Origin: Promethearchaeota archaeon
GTDB taxonomy: Archaea; Asgardarchaeota; Lokiarchaeia; Sigyniarchaeales; SOKP01
Assembly (NCBI GenBank): GCA_048941015.1
Contig: JBHLNZ010000010.1
Location: forward strand, 1 to 64,000
Direction: 5' to 3'
Length of the DNA stretch: 64,000 nucleotides
Numbering within the stretch: position 1 is the stretch's first letter; every line of letters starts with the position of its first letter. Positions 1 to 8,747 of this stretch are shown here, one piece after another. A program made the translations under genes and the position numbers. Under the pieces are notes generated by a model. It ran no database searches. It was not told where the DNA came from and was given only the letters and a program-made list of their open reading frames with translations.

Positions 1-234
1 TATTTCAAAAATCTATTGGATTTTAATATTTCCTTTATTATAAAATCCAAATTAGGAATAATATAATAGAACTTAAACTCCAAATAAATTGAATGAAATA
101 ATTTGATTTAGAATAAAACAATTTTGAATTTGTTTTAAAACATATCTAAGTATTTAAAATTTCAATAATTTTGAAATTCAAAATCGTTAAAAATATTAAA
201 AATTTAAAAAAATAAGAATATATATTTTGATTTT

Positions 235-486
235 TTAACCACCTGCTTGAGTGGCCATTACAGTAATGACATCTTTTTTAGGATGAATTCCAATCTTAGC
301 AAATTTTAACTGATCGGGTAAAACTTTTCCTTTAAATATAAATTGAATTGCTAAAATTGGGTTTAACTTATATTCCCTTTGAACAGTCTTCTTTATCTCA
401 GCAATAGATTGATTAGGATCCACTTCTATAAGTTTAATTGCTTGATCAGGAGGCACTCCTGTAAGCCTAAAACGATATTGTGTCAT
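235..486 (-). CDS. Ubiquitin-like protein (eukaryote-type beta-grasp) with mature C-terminal Gly-Gly
   Basis: 83 aa ending TQAGG-stop; QFIFKGKVLPD aligns to ubiquitin RLIFAGKQLED, SIAEIKKTVQ to TIENVKAKIQ. Confidence 0.85.
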   Translation of the reverse strand: MTQYRFRLTGVPPDQAIKLIEVDPNQSIAEIKKTVQREYKLNPILAIQFIFKGKVLPDQLKFAKIGIHPKKDVITVMATQAGG

Positions 487-637
487 TATATTTCACTTTA
501 ATTTTTTAATATTAAATTTTTTTACTTATATATTGCATGAATAATTACTTAAATTCTCTGGTATTTTTTGATAAACTGTAGTCTAATATGATTTAAAATA
601 TTGTTAAAGACATTATTTTGAATTTTTATCGACTTAT

Positions 638-835
638 TTAGAAGCGAAAAGGTTCAGGGGGAGGTCCGGGAGGACCAGGTGGATGTGGCGGTGGATATGG
701 ACTTGGTTGCGGGGAGGGTCTAAAGGGAAACCGACCTATTTTACTTTCAATTTGTGAAATTCGTTCTTCTATTTTATTTAATCTCTTTTCAATTTCAATA
801 ATCCTTTCTAACAAATTGGGGTTCTCTATTGACAT
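638..835 (-). CDS. Small protein: short coiled coil plus proline-rich tail
   Basis: Heptads LLERIIEIEKRLNKIEERISQIESKI, then PSPQPSPYPPPHPPGPPGPPPEPF; locally GC-rich, consistent with coding. Confidence 0.7.
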   Translation of the reverse strand: MSIENPNLLERIIEIEKRLNKIEERISQIESKIGRFPFRPSPQPSPYPPPHPPGPPGPPPEPFRF

Positions 836-1130
836 TATTAATTAAATTTTCCGTAAATTATTTTTAATATTTCTGTAATTTTAAGAAGATTTTTGATAAA
901 AATCAAAAATCTGTTTCCGAATTATTAATCAATAACTTTATATTTATAGTTAACTCTATTTTGGTTAGACATATATTTATTCTGATGAAATGATAACTTG
1001 AATAATTGAATTGCTTTCAAATTAAATTATTGATATACTCTTTTTTCTTTTTTTAACTAAATACTTTTTTTTAGTTCGAGTATAGGAGAAAAGTATAAAT
1101 TTTTATTTAAAAAATGATATATATATTATC

Positions 1131-2234
1131 ATGGAAAGTTGGAATATATCGAAAAAATTAAAGAGTGAACTATTGAAAAAATCTAATAATATAGAAGATA
1201 ATAGTAGAAGGATTTTGTTCATTCTTAGAAACCTAGGTCCTCAAAGATTTACTAATCTTATCAAATATTCAAATTTAAGTAGATCTACGGTCTCAAAATA
1301 TCTTAATATTCATAGAGAAAATGGAAATGTTGAACAGAAATTGATAACAGATAAGGAAACTAAAAAACAATATCAAAATTATGTAATTACTGAAAAAGGA
1401 ATTGAAAAGTTAGGTGAAAAACCTTTAAAAATAAAAGAAGATCTATTTGTAATCAATGAGTTAAAAGAAAATGTCAGGAAGCTTGAAGATTTAATAGATT
1501 TTTACAAAAAAATAAATATGGAAGACCCATTTATCATACATATCTTAAGGATTATATCAAAAATAGGAGATAATTTTTTTGAACTGCAGCAAGACAGAGA
1601 TCTCTATTTAGCACTTTTTTATATTTTTTATAATTCAATTTTAGGACAGGGTGCTTTAGCAAGAAAATATTGGCATTTTGACGATTCAAGTTCTCAAAAG
1701 TTTGCTGGATATAAATTAAATTTAGATCAATTCTGTGAGGTTTACAATGTCTCTAAAGAAGCAATTAATTACTTAGCCAGAGTTAAACTAATAAAAAATG
1801 ATTTCGGATTTTATTTAATTAAGCGTGAGGATAGTGATTTTTATTTTCATGAAGAAGATTTACTAGGAACCACAACATTCAGACTTATCAAAGATAGATT
1901 GATAGATGAGATAATTAATCTTCAAGAAGGAATTTACGACATTATATACGATTTAGATATAATGGCTGAAGAAATAACTAATCAATTAGAAGAAATGGGC
2001 CTAATATGGGATGCTATTAAAGATCAATTTCAATTACTGGTTATAAATTTAATTATTAAGAATGCTATAGAAATGGGGTTTCTAGATATAGAAAGAGAAA
2101 AGCTTATGGATGGTATTACCCAATCTCAAAAACTTTTTCAATCTGAAGAAGGCAAATTATTACGTGAAATAATTTTAGATAATTCAAAAATCGATCTTAA
2201 TTTGAATATCCTTACCTTAATACAGAATAAGTAA
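1131..2234 (+). CDS. Winged-helix (ArsR/MarR-like) transcriptional regulator with large C-terminal domain
   Basis: RFTNLIKYSNLSRSTVSKYL HTH and YVITEKG wing. Confidence 0.7.
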   Translation: MESWNISKKLKSELLKKSNNIEDNSRRILFILRNLGPQRFTNLIKYSNLSRSTVSKYLNIHRENGNVEQKLITDKETKKQYQNYVITEKGIEKLGEKPLKIKEDLFVINELKENVRKLEDLIDFYKKINMEDPFIIHILRIISKIGDNFFELQQDRDLYLALFYIFYNSILGQGALARKYWHFDDSSSQKFAGYKLNLDQFCEVYNVSKEAINYLARVKLIKNDFGFYLIKREDSDFYFHEEDLLGTTTFRLIKDRLIDEIINLQEGIYDIIYDLDIMAEEITNQLEEMGLIWDAIKDQFQLLVINLIIKNAIEMGFLDIEREKLMDGITQSQKLFQSEEGKLLREIILDNSKIDLNLNILTLIQNK

Positions 2235-2302
2235 TTTCCCCTTTCAATCAATTTCTCGAATTTTTAAAAGCAAATGATTTAAGTTGCAATATTCAATAAA
2301 AT

Positions 2303-3121
2303 TCATTTTAGCTCAGGTTTTTCACCTAAATAACCTGAGCCGTGTGGATAACCAAAAATACCTCTCTTAACCATTGGAGCATTAAAATTTCCTTTAGCCC
2401 AAGGAGCAGGGAATTTTTGAAAAATTGCTGATGCGATCAGAGCAAATGTTTGTAATGTAATAAAAATGGCGTAATTATTCCAATTTATAAGAAATCCTAA
2501 ACTAATTACTATATTAGGAATATGGCATATAACAGTTTTGATAATTATAGATTTAGGAGTATCATGTTCAGGACTAACATAGACATCCCAGAAATAATCT
2601 TGAATAAAGTACTGCCATAAGGCCATTGAGGCAAAACTTATTAAATATAATGCCCAACTAGTTATACCAATTAATCTCCAAAGGTGATAAAAAGAAAGAA
2701 GGATGCCTCCAGAACTAAATCCCCAAAAAACTCCAAAAGTAATCTCAGAGATAAAATAATATTTTCTGTTGAACGTTAGGGTCATGCGAGACCATAAGAT
2801 CCAGTATGCAAAAAAAATATAAACAAAACAGATAGTACAATATGTTATCCAATATGGATCTGTAATTTGGTCTATGAAAAAAAATGGTTGGGTAAATATC
2901 TGTTCTAATGTTCCTGTTACCGCTATTATAATATTACAAAATGAGAAATAGATAAATGCGCGAATCCATGCTGCTCCTGGTTTCCAAACATTAATTGGCA
3001 ACCCTTTAAATCTTTTTCTATAGGTTAATATCATCATAATAGCAAAAATGGTAAAAAAAATGACATAAAATATTAAAAAAGTAATATATGACAATATTTT
3101 TAACCTCTGCTCAAAACTCAC
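2303..3121 (-). CDS. Uncharacterised multi-pass membrane protein
   Basis: About 7 hydrophobic segments; starts 8 nt after the nadA stop. Confidence 0.65.
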   Translation of the reverse strand: MSFEQRLKILSYITFLIFYVIFFTIFAIMMILTYRKRFKGLPINVWKPGAAWIRAFIYFSFCNIIIAVTGTLEQIFTQPFFFIDQITDPYWITYCTICFVYIFFAYWILWSRMTLTFNRKYYFISEITFGVFWGFSSGGILLSFYHLWRLIGITSWALYLISFASMALWQYFIQDYFWDVYVSPEHDTPKSIIIKTVICHIPNIVISLGFLINWNNYAIFITLQTFALIASAIFQKFPAPWAKGNFNAPMVKRGIFGYPHGSGYLGEKPELK

Positions 3122-3129
3122 ATACTTCT

Positions 3130-4074
3130 TTAAGAATACTGCAACATCCTTTCAATAGGTTTCAATGCTTTTTTAGCAACATCCGAGGGAACTTTAACTT
3201 CAAAATTCTTATCATTAGGATTTTCTAAAATATATTTAATTAATTGTAGATTATGTTTTTTCATATTATAACATATTAATTTTTCTTTTGCTGGATAATA
3301 TTGCTTTTCCGGAAAATCTTCTTTCATTCTTTCGAGTAAGCCAATTTCTGTGCCTACTATAAATACTTTTTCACTTGAGTGACTACTTTTTACTCTATTA
3401 TACATCTGAGCTGTTGATCCTACAAAATCCGATAACTCTCTTACTTCTCTTATACATTCTGGATGAACTAGAAGTAGTGCATTTGAATGTGCTTTTCTAA
3501 CTGATCTAATGTCATCAGCAGAAATTTGTGCATGAACATAACAATTCCCTTCGGGTGGCATTTTTATAGTCTTAATTCCAGATTTTTGTTCAGCATAATC
3601 CCCCAAATGAGCATCAGGGCCAAATAATACCTTATTAACATTAAATTCTTTACTAATTCTTTTAACTATATTAACCGCATTTGATGAGGTACAACATATA
3701 TCTGATTCGGCTTTGACTGCTGCTGTAGAATTTACGTATACAACAACAGGGATATTGGGATTTGCTTCCTTAAACTCTCTTACTTTTTCTGCTGTAAGAT
3801 ATGCTGCCATTGGACAACAAGATTCAGGATTTGGAATTAAAATTCTTTTATCTTGATTTAAGATGGATGCGGTTTCGGCCATAAAATCAACTCCAGCAAA
3901 AATAATATAATCTGAACTAGTTTCTCTTTTTGCTTTACGAGAAAGTCCAAGTGAATCTCCTAAATAATCAGCAATTTGTTGTATCTCAATGGGTTGATAA
4001 TAATGTGCAAGAATTGTTATATTTAATTCATTCTTTAATTTTAAAACTTCTTTTTGTAAATCATTTATATTCAT
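3130..4074 (-). CDS. nadA: Quinolinate synthase A
   Basis: ILAHYYQ, GDSLGLS, CPMA, YVNS, CCTSSNA, CYVH, HPEC, CYNMK; start moved to MNINDL (4074) to remove overlap with pscS. Confidence 0.95.
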   Translation of the reverse strand: MNINDLQKEVLKLKNELNITILAHYYQPIEIQQIADYLGDSLGLSRKAKRETSSDYIIFAGVDFMAETASILNQDKRILIPNPESCCPMAAYLTAEKVREFKEANPNIPVVVYVNSTAAVKAESDICCTSSNAVNIVKRISKEFNVNKVLFGPDAHLGDYAEQKSGIKTIKMPPEGNCYVHAQISADDIRSVRKAHSNALLLVHPECIREVRELSDFVGSTAQMYNRVKSSHSSEKVFIVGTEIGLLERMKEDFPEKQYYPAKEKLICYNMKKHNLQLIKYILENPNDKNFEVKVPSDVAKKALKPIERMLQYS

Positions 4075-4090
4075 AATTTTATCTCTCTTG

Positions 4091-5308
4091 TTATGTAAGA
4101 TTATATTTTTTCGCAATTTCTAAAAAAGCTGAAGTAAAATATTTTACTTGTTCCCAAGTGAGTCCGTAGGTATTAAACTTCATTTCCTTAGAAATTCCTG
4201 GAAGTAATCCTATTATACCTCTTTCTTTAAATTCTTCTCGAACAAAAAATCCTTTTCTCGGATGGGATTTAGCAACTTCAGCGAAACCATCTGTTTTTAA
4301 ATTAGTTAAAGGATGACATTTTGGTAATTTTCCCAAAATGGTTATTCCATTAACATTTTTTATGTTTTTTATTACATAATTTGCTTTTTTCGCTTCTTCT
4401 TCAACATATTCTTTTTGTGTTCGCTTAACAATTGCAGGAAAACTAGCCATTAAAGTAATTAAGGGAGCTCCATAGACCGGAGGACATCCCATTAAAGTAC
4501 AAATTTTATTGGGAAATGATTTATTTGTCAAGTTTCCTTGAATTTGAGAATTTGCCATTATATCATTATAATATTTCTCTTCAAATCCAAGCAACCCAAT
4601 TGGACCAGAAGCTGCCATTGATTTATGACCACTACATGCTATAAAATCAATTGTATTTTTTTTACAATTAATAGGTAATATTCCTGCTGAATATGCTGCG
4701 TTCAGAAGGAATGGAATGTTATAATTATGACAAATCTCTCCAATAGGACCTGGATTATTTAAATTTCCGTATTTATAATCCACGTGGGTTAATACAACTA
4801 ATAGAGGTGGTTTCCCTTCTTCTTTTATGACTTGTTTTATTGTTTTTTCATAATCTTCACTTTCAATAACAAATTCAGGATCTCCTGAATTAGGCACTTC
4901 TCTTACTTTTAAATTATTTGCTTCTATAGCTAAATATGTTGTGTAATGTGCTAAACTATCTACAATTACGACTTTTTTATTGGGATTTTTTTTTGCTAAA
5001 GCTTGCATTACTATTCTTTTTGAATCTCTTGCCGCAGCTGTTGGAATTATATTATCAATATTTAAAAATCTAGCCATGTCTTTAAGAAATTCAAATACAG
5101 GAGGATTTTCAATTTGATCAATCCTACCTTTCAGGCAATTGTCGCATATACTATATCCATCCCCAAAGGATATTAATGCTTTATATGCTTCTGGAGTTAG
5201 GATTCCTCCTCTTTGTATTGGGTGGATATTAATGAATTCTTCATTTATAGAACGATAAAAATGAGAATATTTTCCTACAAGATCATTATTATATTCTAAT
5301 TTATCCAT
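4091..5308 (-). CDS. pscS: O-phosphoseryl-tRNA:Cys-tRNA synthase (SepCysS)
   Basis: PIQRGGILTPEA, GDGYSICDNC, GRIDQIENPP, AHYTT, PLP-lysine SGHKS, LMGC. Confidence 0.93.
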   Translation of the reverse strand: MDKLEYNNDLVGKYSHFYRSINEEFINIHPIQRGGILTPEAYKALISFGDGYSICDNCLKGRIDQIENPPVFEFLKDMARFLNIDNIIPTAAARDSKRIVMQALAKKNPNKKVVIVDSLAHYTTYLAIEANNLKVREVPNSGDPEFVIESEDYEKTIKQVIKEEGKPPLLVVLTHVDYKYGNLNNPGPIGEICHNYNIPFLLNAAYSAGILPINCKKNTIDFIACSGHKSMAASGPIGLLGFEEKYYNDIMANSQIQGNLTNKSFPNKICTLMGCPPVYGAPLITLMASFPAIVKRTQKEYVEEEAKKANYVIKNIKNVNGITILGKLPKCHPLTNLKTDGFAEVAKSHPRKGFFVREEFKERGIIGLLPGISKEMKFNTYGLTWEQVKYFTSAFLEIAKKYNLT

Positions 5309-5470
5309 AGACTCATTAGTCTAATATGAATTTTCTCTAATAAAGATAGTTTTTATAATTTTAAAAGAGTTTTTAAAAATAATAAAAAGGGTAAAAATAA
5401 TAATAATAATATCTTTCTAACTTCAATTTTTATTCTTTAATTTAAAAATAAAAAAGTGAAATGATATTTA

Positions 5471-6019
5471 ATGCCAATCATAATTCCTAGTCCAAGAACT
5501 GGAAAAAATCCCAATATTCATGAATCTGTTTTTATAGCACCAACCGCAGTTATAATTGGAGATGTAACAATTGGGGAGGGGAGTAATATATGGTTCGGAG
5601 CAGTACTAAGAGGTGATTGGGGAACAATTATTGTCGGAAAGAATACGAGTATTCAAGAAAATGTTACAATACATATTGAGATGGGCTCTACAGTTAGTAT
5701 AGGGGATGATTGTATTGTTGGACACCATGCAATGATACATGGTCCTTGTACTATTGAGAATGGGTGTGTAATTGGAATTGGATCAAACATTTTACATCGA
5801 TCAAAAGTTGGTGAAGGTTCTCAAATTGGCGCTGGGGCGGTCTTAATTAATAAAGAGATCCCTCCTCGTTGTTTAGCAGTAGGTATTCCTGCTGATGTGA
5901 AGAAAGAACTACCCTCCTCAGGTAAATTAGCTGGAGCGAAAACATCAGGAGTTTATGTAAAGAATGGGGAGGCATTTAAAGAGTTCTTTGAAAAAAATCT
6001 TGATTCCTTTAAATTTTAA
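5471..6019 (+). CDS. Gamma carbonic anhydrase family protein
   Basis: Hexapeptide repeats, VLRGD, IQENVTIH, VGHHAMIHG. Confidence 0.9.
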   Translation: MPIIIPSPRTGKNPNIHESVFIAPTAVIIGDVTIGEGSNIWFGAVLRGDWGTIIVGKNTSIQENVTIHIEMGSTVSIGDDCIVGHHAMIHGPCTIENGCVIGIGSNILHRSKVGEGSQIGAGAVLINKEIPPRCLAVGIPADVKKELPSSGKLAGAKTSGVYVKNGEAFKEFFEKNLDSFKF

Positions 6020-6208
6020 TCTTTTTCTTTTTTTTAGGTTTATTGAAAATTCGGTTATAGACCGTAAATCATTTTCTTAAGATATTTCATTCTCGATAAA
6101 ATATAAAAAAATTAGTAGTTTTAAAATATTTATATATTTGGAACTACTTAGTTATAAATATAGAAATCTTGATTTCATAAAAATTAAAAAAAAAAGAGAA
6201 ATTTAAAA

Positions 6209-6739
6209 ATGAATTTTTGGAAAACATTCTTGATAACAATTTTAGTATATTTAGGACTTAATACTCTCTTTGTACTAATTGGACTTTTTGTTTTTACACC
6301 TCCCGAACTTGCAACTGAATTGGATGATATCCTTCTTATAATAGCACTAATTTTTGCTCCAATATTTGTTTTCCCTTTCGAGGCATGGGCTACGGGAATC
6401 TCGAACCTTATTACAAGTGCAGATATATTTGTAGATCTTTTTACTTTCTTTGGAATTATAGTACCACCATTAGTCGCAGCTATTCTTGCTGCAAAGTTAG
6501 GTGAAGAAAGAGATACTGGATTTAATGCTTGGTTTATTACCAGTTTAATTATGGCTGTTATATATGCTATTCTTCTTGGTGTTGGTCAACTAAGTTCTTC
6601 TGTATTAGGAATTACTTGGTTTGAAAATGTTTCTATTTATGGAGAAATAGGAACAATTCTAGCTATATTTATTTCTGGAATAATTAATGGATTTTTTTAC
6701 GGCTGTATCTCATTAATAGCTGCTCGGAAATTTTTATAA
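6209..6739 (+). CDS. Uncharacterised membrane protein
   Basis: About 5 hydrophobic helices. Confidence 0.65.
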   Translation: MNFWKTFLITILVYLGLNTLFVLIGLFVFTPPELATELDDILLIIALIFAPIFVFPFEAWATGISNLITSADIFVDLFTFFGIIVPPLVAAILAAKLGEERDTGFNAWFITSLIMAVIYAILLGVGQLSSSVLGITWFENVSIYGEIGTILAIFISGIINGFFYGCISLIAARKFL

Positions 6740-6789
6740 GAATATTATAGAACTAAATTCTTATTTTTTTTTATTATCCTTCATTTTTA

Positions 6790-7530
6790 TTATTTTGAGC
6801 AGAAGCAATTCTCATTTTTAATAAGATCTATAATATCAAACTTCAGATTTAATAGATTTACCATAAGTAATTTATTTTCCAAATTAGGAAGTCCTAATGT
6901 CGTTTTTATTACTTCCAAAGCTTCTAAAGTCCCCAAAATTCCTGGAGTTACTCCAATAACAGGTAGTGGGCCTTCAGATGGTTCTACTGCATCAGGTTCA
7001 TTAAAAATACATTCATAACAAGCAGAATTTTTAGGATTTATAGTCATAATTTGTCCAAAAAAATCTTTTATTCCTGCAATTATACATCTTATATTATTTT
7101 CTACAGCAATTCTGTTAACTAAAAATTTAGTTTTTAAATTATCACTACAATCAACTATAAAATCGTAATTTTCCTTTCCCAAATATTTCATAATTGTATC
7201 ATAATTGGCATATTCTTTATATGTTATAACTTTAACATCTGAATTAAGTTTAGATAATATCTCTTTAGCTGAAATACTCTTATCTTTACCAATTTGAGAT
7301 TCATTATAAAGTATTTGACGCTGTAAATTAGAAATTGAAACAGTATCATTATCAATTATAGTTAATTCTTTAATCCCTGCAGCAACTAAATAGAATGCAA
7401 ATGGAGATCCTAATCCACCAGCACCAACTTGTAAAACTTTAATATTCGATATTAATGCTTGTCCCTTTTCTCCTATAGAAGGAGATATAATCTGCCTTGA
7501 ATATCTCTCTTTTTGTTTTTCTGTAAGAAT
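6790..7530 (-). CDS. ThiF/MoeB (E1-like) adenylyltransferase, full length 246 aa, probable ATT start
   Basis: Frame is open 113 codons upstream of the listed ATG (7191) and reads ILTEKQKERYSRQII..VLQVGAGGLGS..DNDTVSISNLQRQILY; in-frame TAA directly precedes ATT at 7530; CYEC and CFC in the C-terminal half. Confidence 0.88.
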   Translation of the reverse strand: MLTEKQKERYSRQIISPSIGEKGQALISNIKVLQVGAGGLGSPFAFYLVAAGIKELTIIDNDTVSISNLQRQILYNESQIGKDKSISAKEILSKLNSDVKVITYKEYANYDTIMKYLGKENYDFIVDCSDNLKTKFLVNRIAVENNIRCIIAGIKDFFGQIMTINPKNSACYECIFNEPDAVEPSEGPLPVIGVTPGILGTLEALEVIKTTLGLPNLENKLLMVNLLNLKFDIIDLIKNENCFCSK

Positions 7531-7534
7531 TTAA

Positions 7535-7909
7535 TTACTCCTCCTTTATTATTTCTTTAACATTATTAATGGATTCTTCAATTTCAATAAAAATCAAACC
7601 CAAATCTATATTTAATTCTATCAAAGCTACAACAATTATATTATTGCTACCCCCTAAAATGATTAATTGCAAATCATCAAATTCAACGGTTAAATTTAGC
7701 AACTTACTTTCTAATGTAGTAGTAGCAGTTTCCATAGCACCAAACATTGTAGCAGCCATAGCTCCAAATTTTCTTTCTTCAATTTGGCGAGGTAATCTTG
7801 AAATTATAGTAAGACCATTGCGGTTTACAAAGGCACTACCCACGATCCCTGCTACTAATTCAAGTTTATCTAATTCTCTTGAAATCTTTTCAATTTGTAA
7901 AGAATCCAT
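7535..7909 (-). CDS. Roadblock/LC7 domain protein
   Basis: GIVGSAFVNRNGLTIIS, FGAMAATMFGAME, DLGLIFIEI. Confidence 0.9.
   Translation of the reverse strand: MDSLQIEKISRELDKLELVAGIVGSAFVNRNGLTIISRLPRQIEERKFGAMAATMFGAMETATTTLESKLLNLTVEFDDLQLIILGGSNNIIVVALIELNIDLGLIFIEIEESINNVKEIIKEE
7538..7544 (-). promoter_or_regulatory. Shine-Dalgarno-like GGAGGAG in front of the ATT start of the E1-like gene
   Basis: Minus strand reads AAGGAGGAG-TAATTAA-ATT; 7-nt spacing; lies in the last codons of the roadblock gene. Confidence 0.55.
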
Positions 7910-8084
7910 AAATGAAACTAAAGATGTTTTTTAAGATGTTGATATAAGAATAATATATTAAATACCATTAAAAATATATTGTAATTACTTATTTCGTCGA
8001 AATTTTGAAAATAAATTAAACTACTTATTATAATTATCTAAAATGGAATGATTTGAAGAGATTAAATATTTATACAGGGAAATA

Positions 8085-8285
8085 TTATCGATAAAATCCC
8101 TTATTTCCATTAAAAGGTCTATATCTGTTTCTCCAACCAGGTTGTCTTAACTTAGCTGTCCTTCCAAAACCGCAGTAAGCACAAAATCTTTTCTGACGGT
8201 GGTAAGAATGCCTACCACATCTTCTACATGTTTTGTGACTTGCAGCTTTATTTTTCTTTCCCTTACTTGATGTACCTTTACCCAT
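8085..8285 (-). CDS. rpl37e: Large ribosomal subunit protein L37e
   Basis: MGKGTSSKGK, CRRCGRHSYH..CAYCGFG zinc finger. Confidence 0.97.
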   Translation of the reverse strand: MGKGTSSKGKKNKAASHKTCRRCGRHSYHRQKRFCAYCGFGRTAKLRQPGWRNRYRPFNGNKGFYR

Positions 8286-8309
8286 CTTAATTCCCTTCCC
8301 TCAAATTGG

Positions 8310-8615
8310 TTATTCTTCGTCTTCTTCGCGATGCATTACTTTTTCTTCCTCTTTCTCTGCGAGCATTATCAAACTTCGCTCTTGACCAATAAAAATAACA
8401 GATGCCCCCCTTATCATTACAGTCCCTAAATCTTTGCTTCTTTTCCCTCCTCGGCCAAAATATATCTCTTTTGCGTTTTCAACAATTAGATTCATATAAT
8501 TATCAAACTTAACAAGTTTGCCTGTCAAATATGTATTCCAAATTTTCAATTTAATACGAACTTCTGGCTTTAAAATTGCTTTGCTTAATGTTCTTGATAT
8601 TGTTTGTTGAGACAT
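8310..8615 (-). CDS. Sm/LSm family RNA-binding protein
   Basis: Sm1 GKLVKFDNYMNLIV, Sm2 LGTVMIRG; upstream of rpl37e as usual in archaea; likely start MSQQ at 8615. Confidence 0.88.
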   Translation of the reverse strand: MSQQTISRTLSKAILKPEVRIKLKIWNTYLTGKLVKFDNYMNLIVENAKEIYFGRGGKRSKDLGTVMIRGASVIFIGQERSLIMLAEKEEEKVMHREEDEE

Positions 8616-8747
8616 CTTAAAAACTTCATAAAAACTTAAAGAATATTCCATAAAATGTATCAAAAATATAAATATTTTTTTATTCTAAAGGATTTAATAA
8701 AACAAAATAGAAAACTAAATTTAATTATATTTATTGGAAATTAAGAG

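Noticed and set aside
235-486. Assignment as UFM1 or SAMP/MoaD
   Set aside because: GG end plus IFKGK fit ubiquitin-type proteins better; UFM1 ends in a single Gly.
579-5329. Shared 13-mer TAGTCTAATATGA at 579-591 and 5317-5329
   Set aside because: Only two copies at different distances from the starts; plausible by chance in AT-rich DNA.
7569-7934. 121-aa plus-strand ORF
   Set aside because: Antisense shadow of the roadblock gene; no motif.
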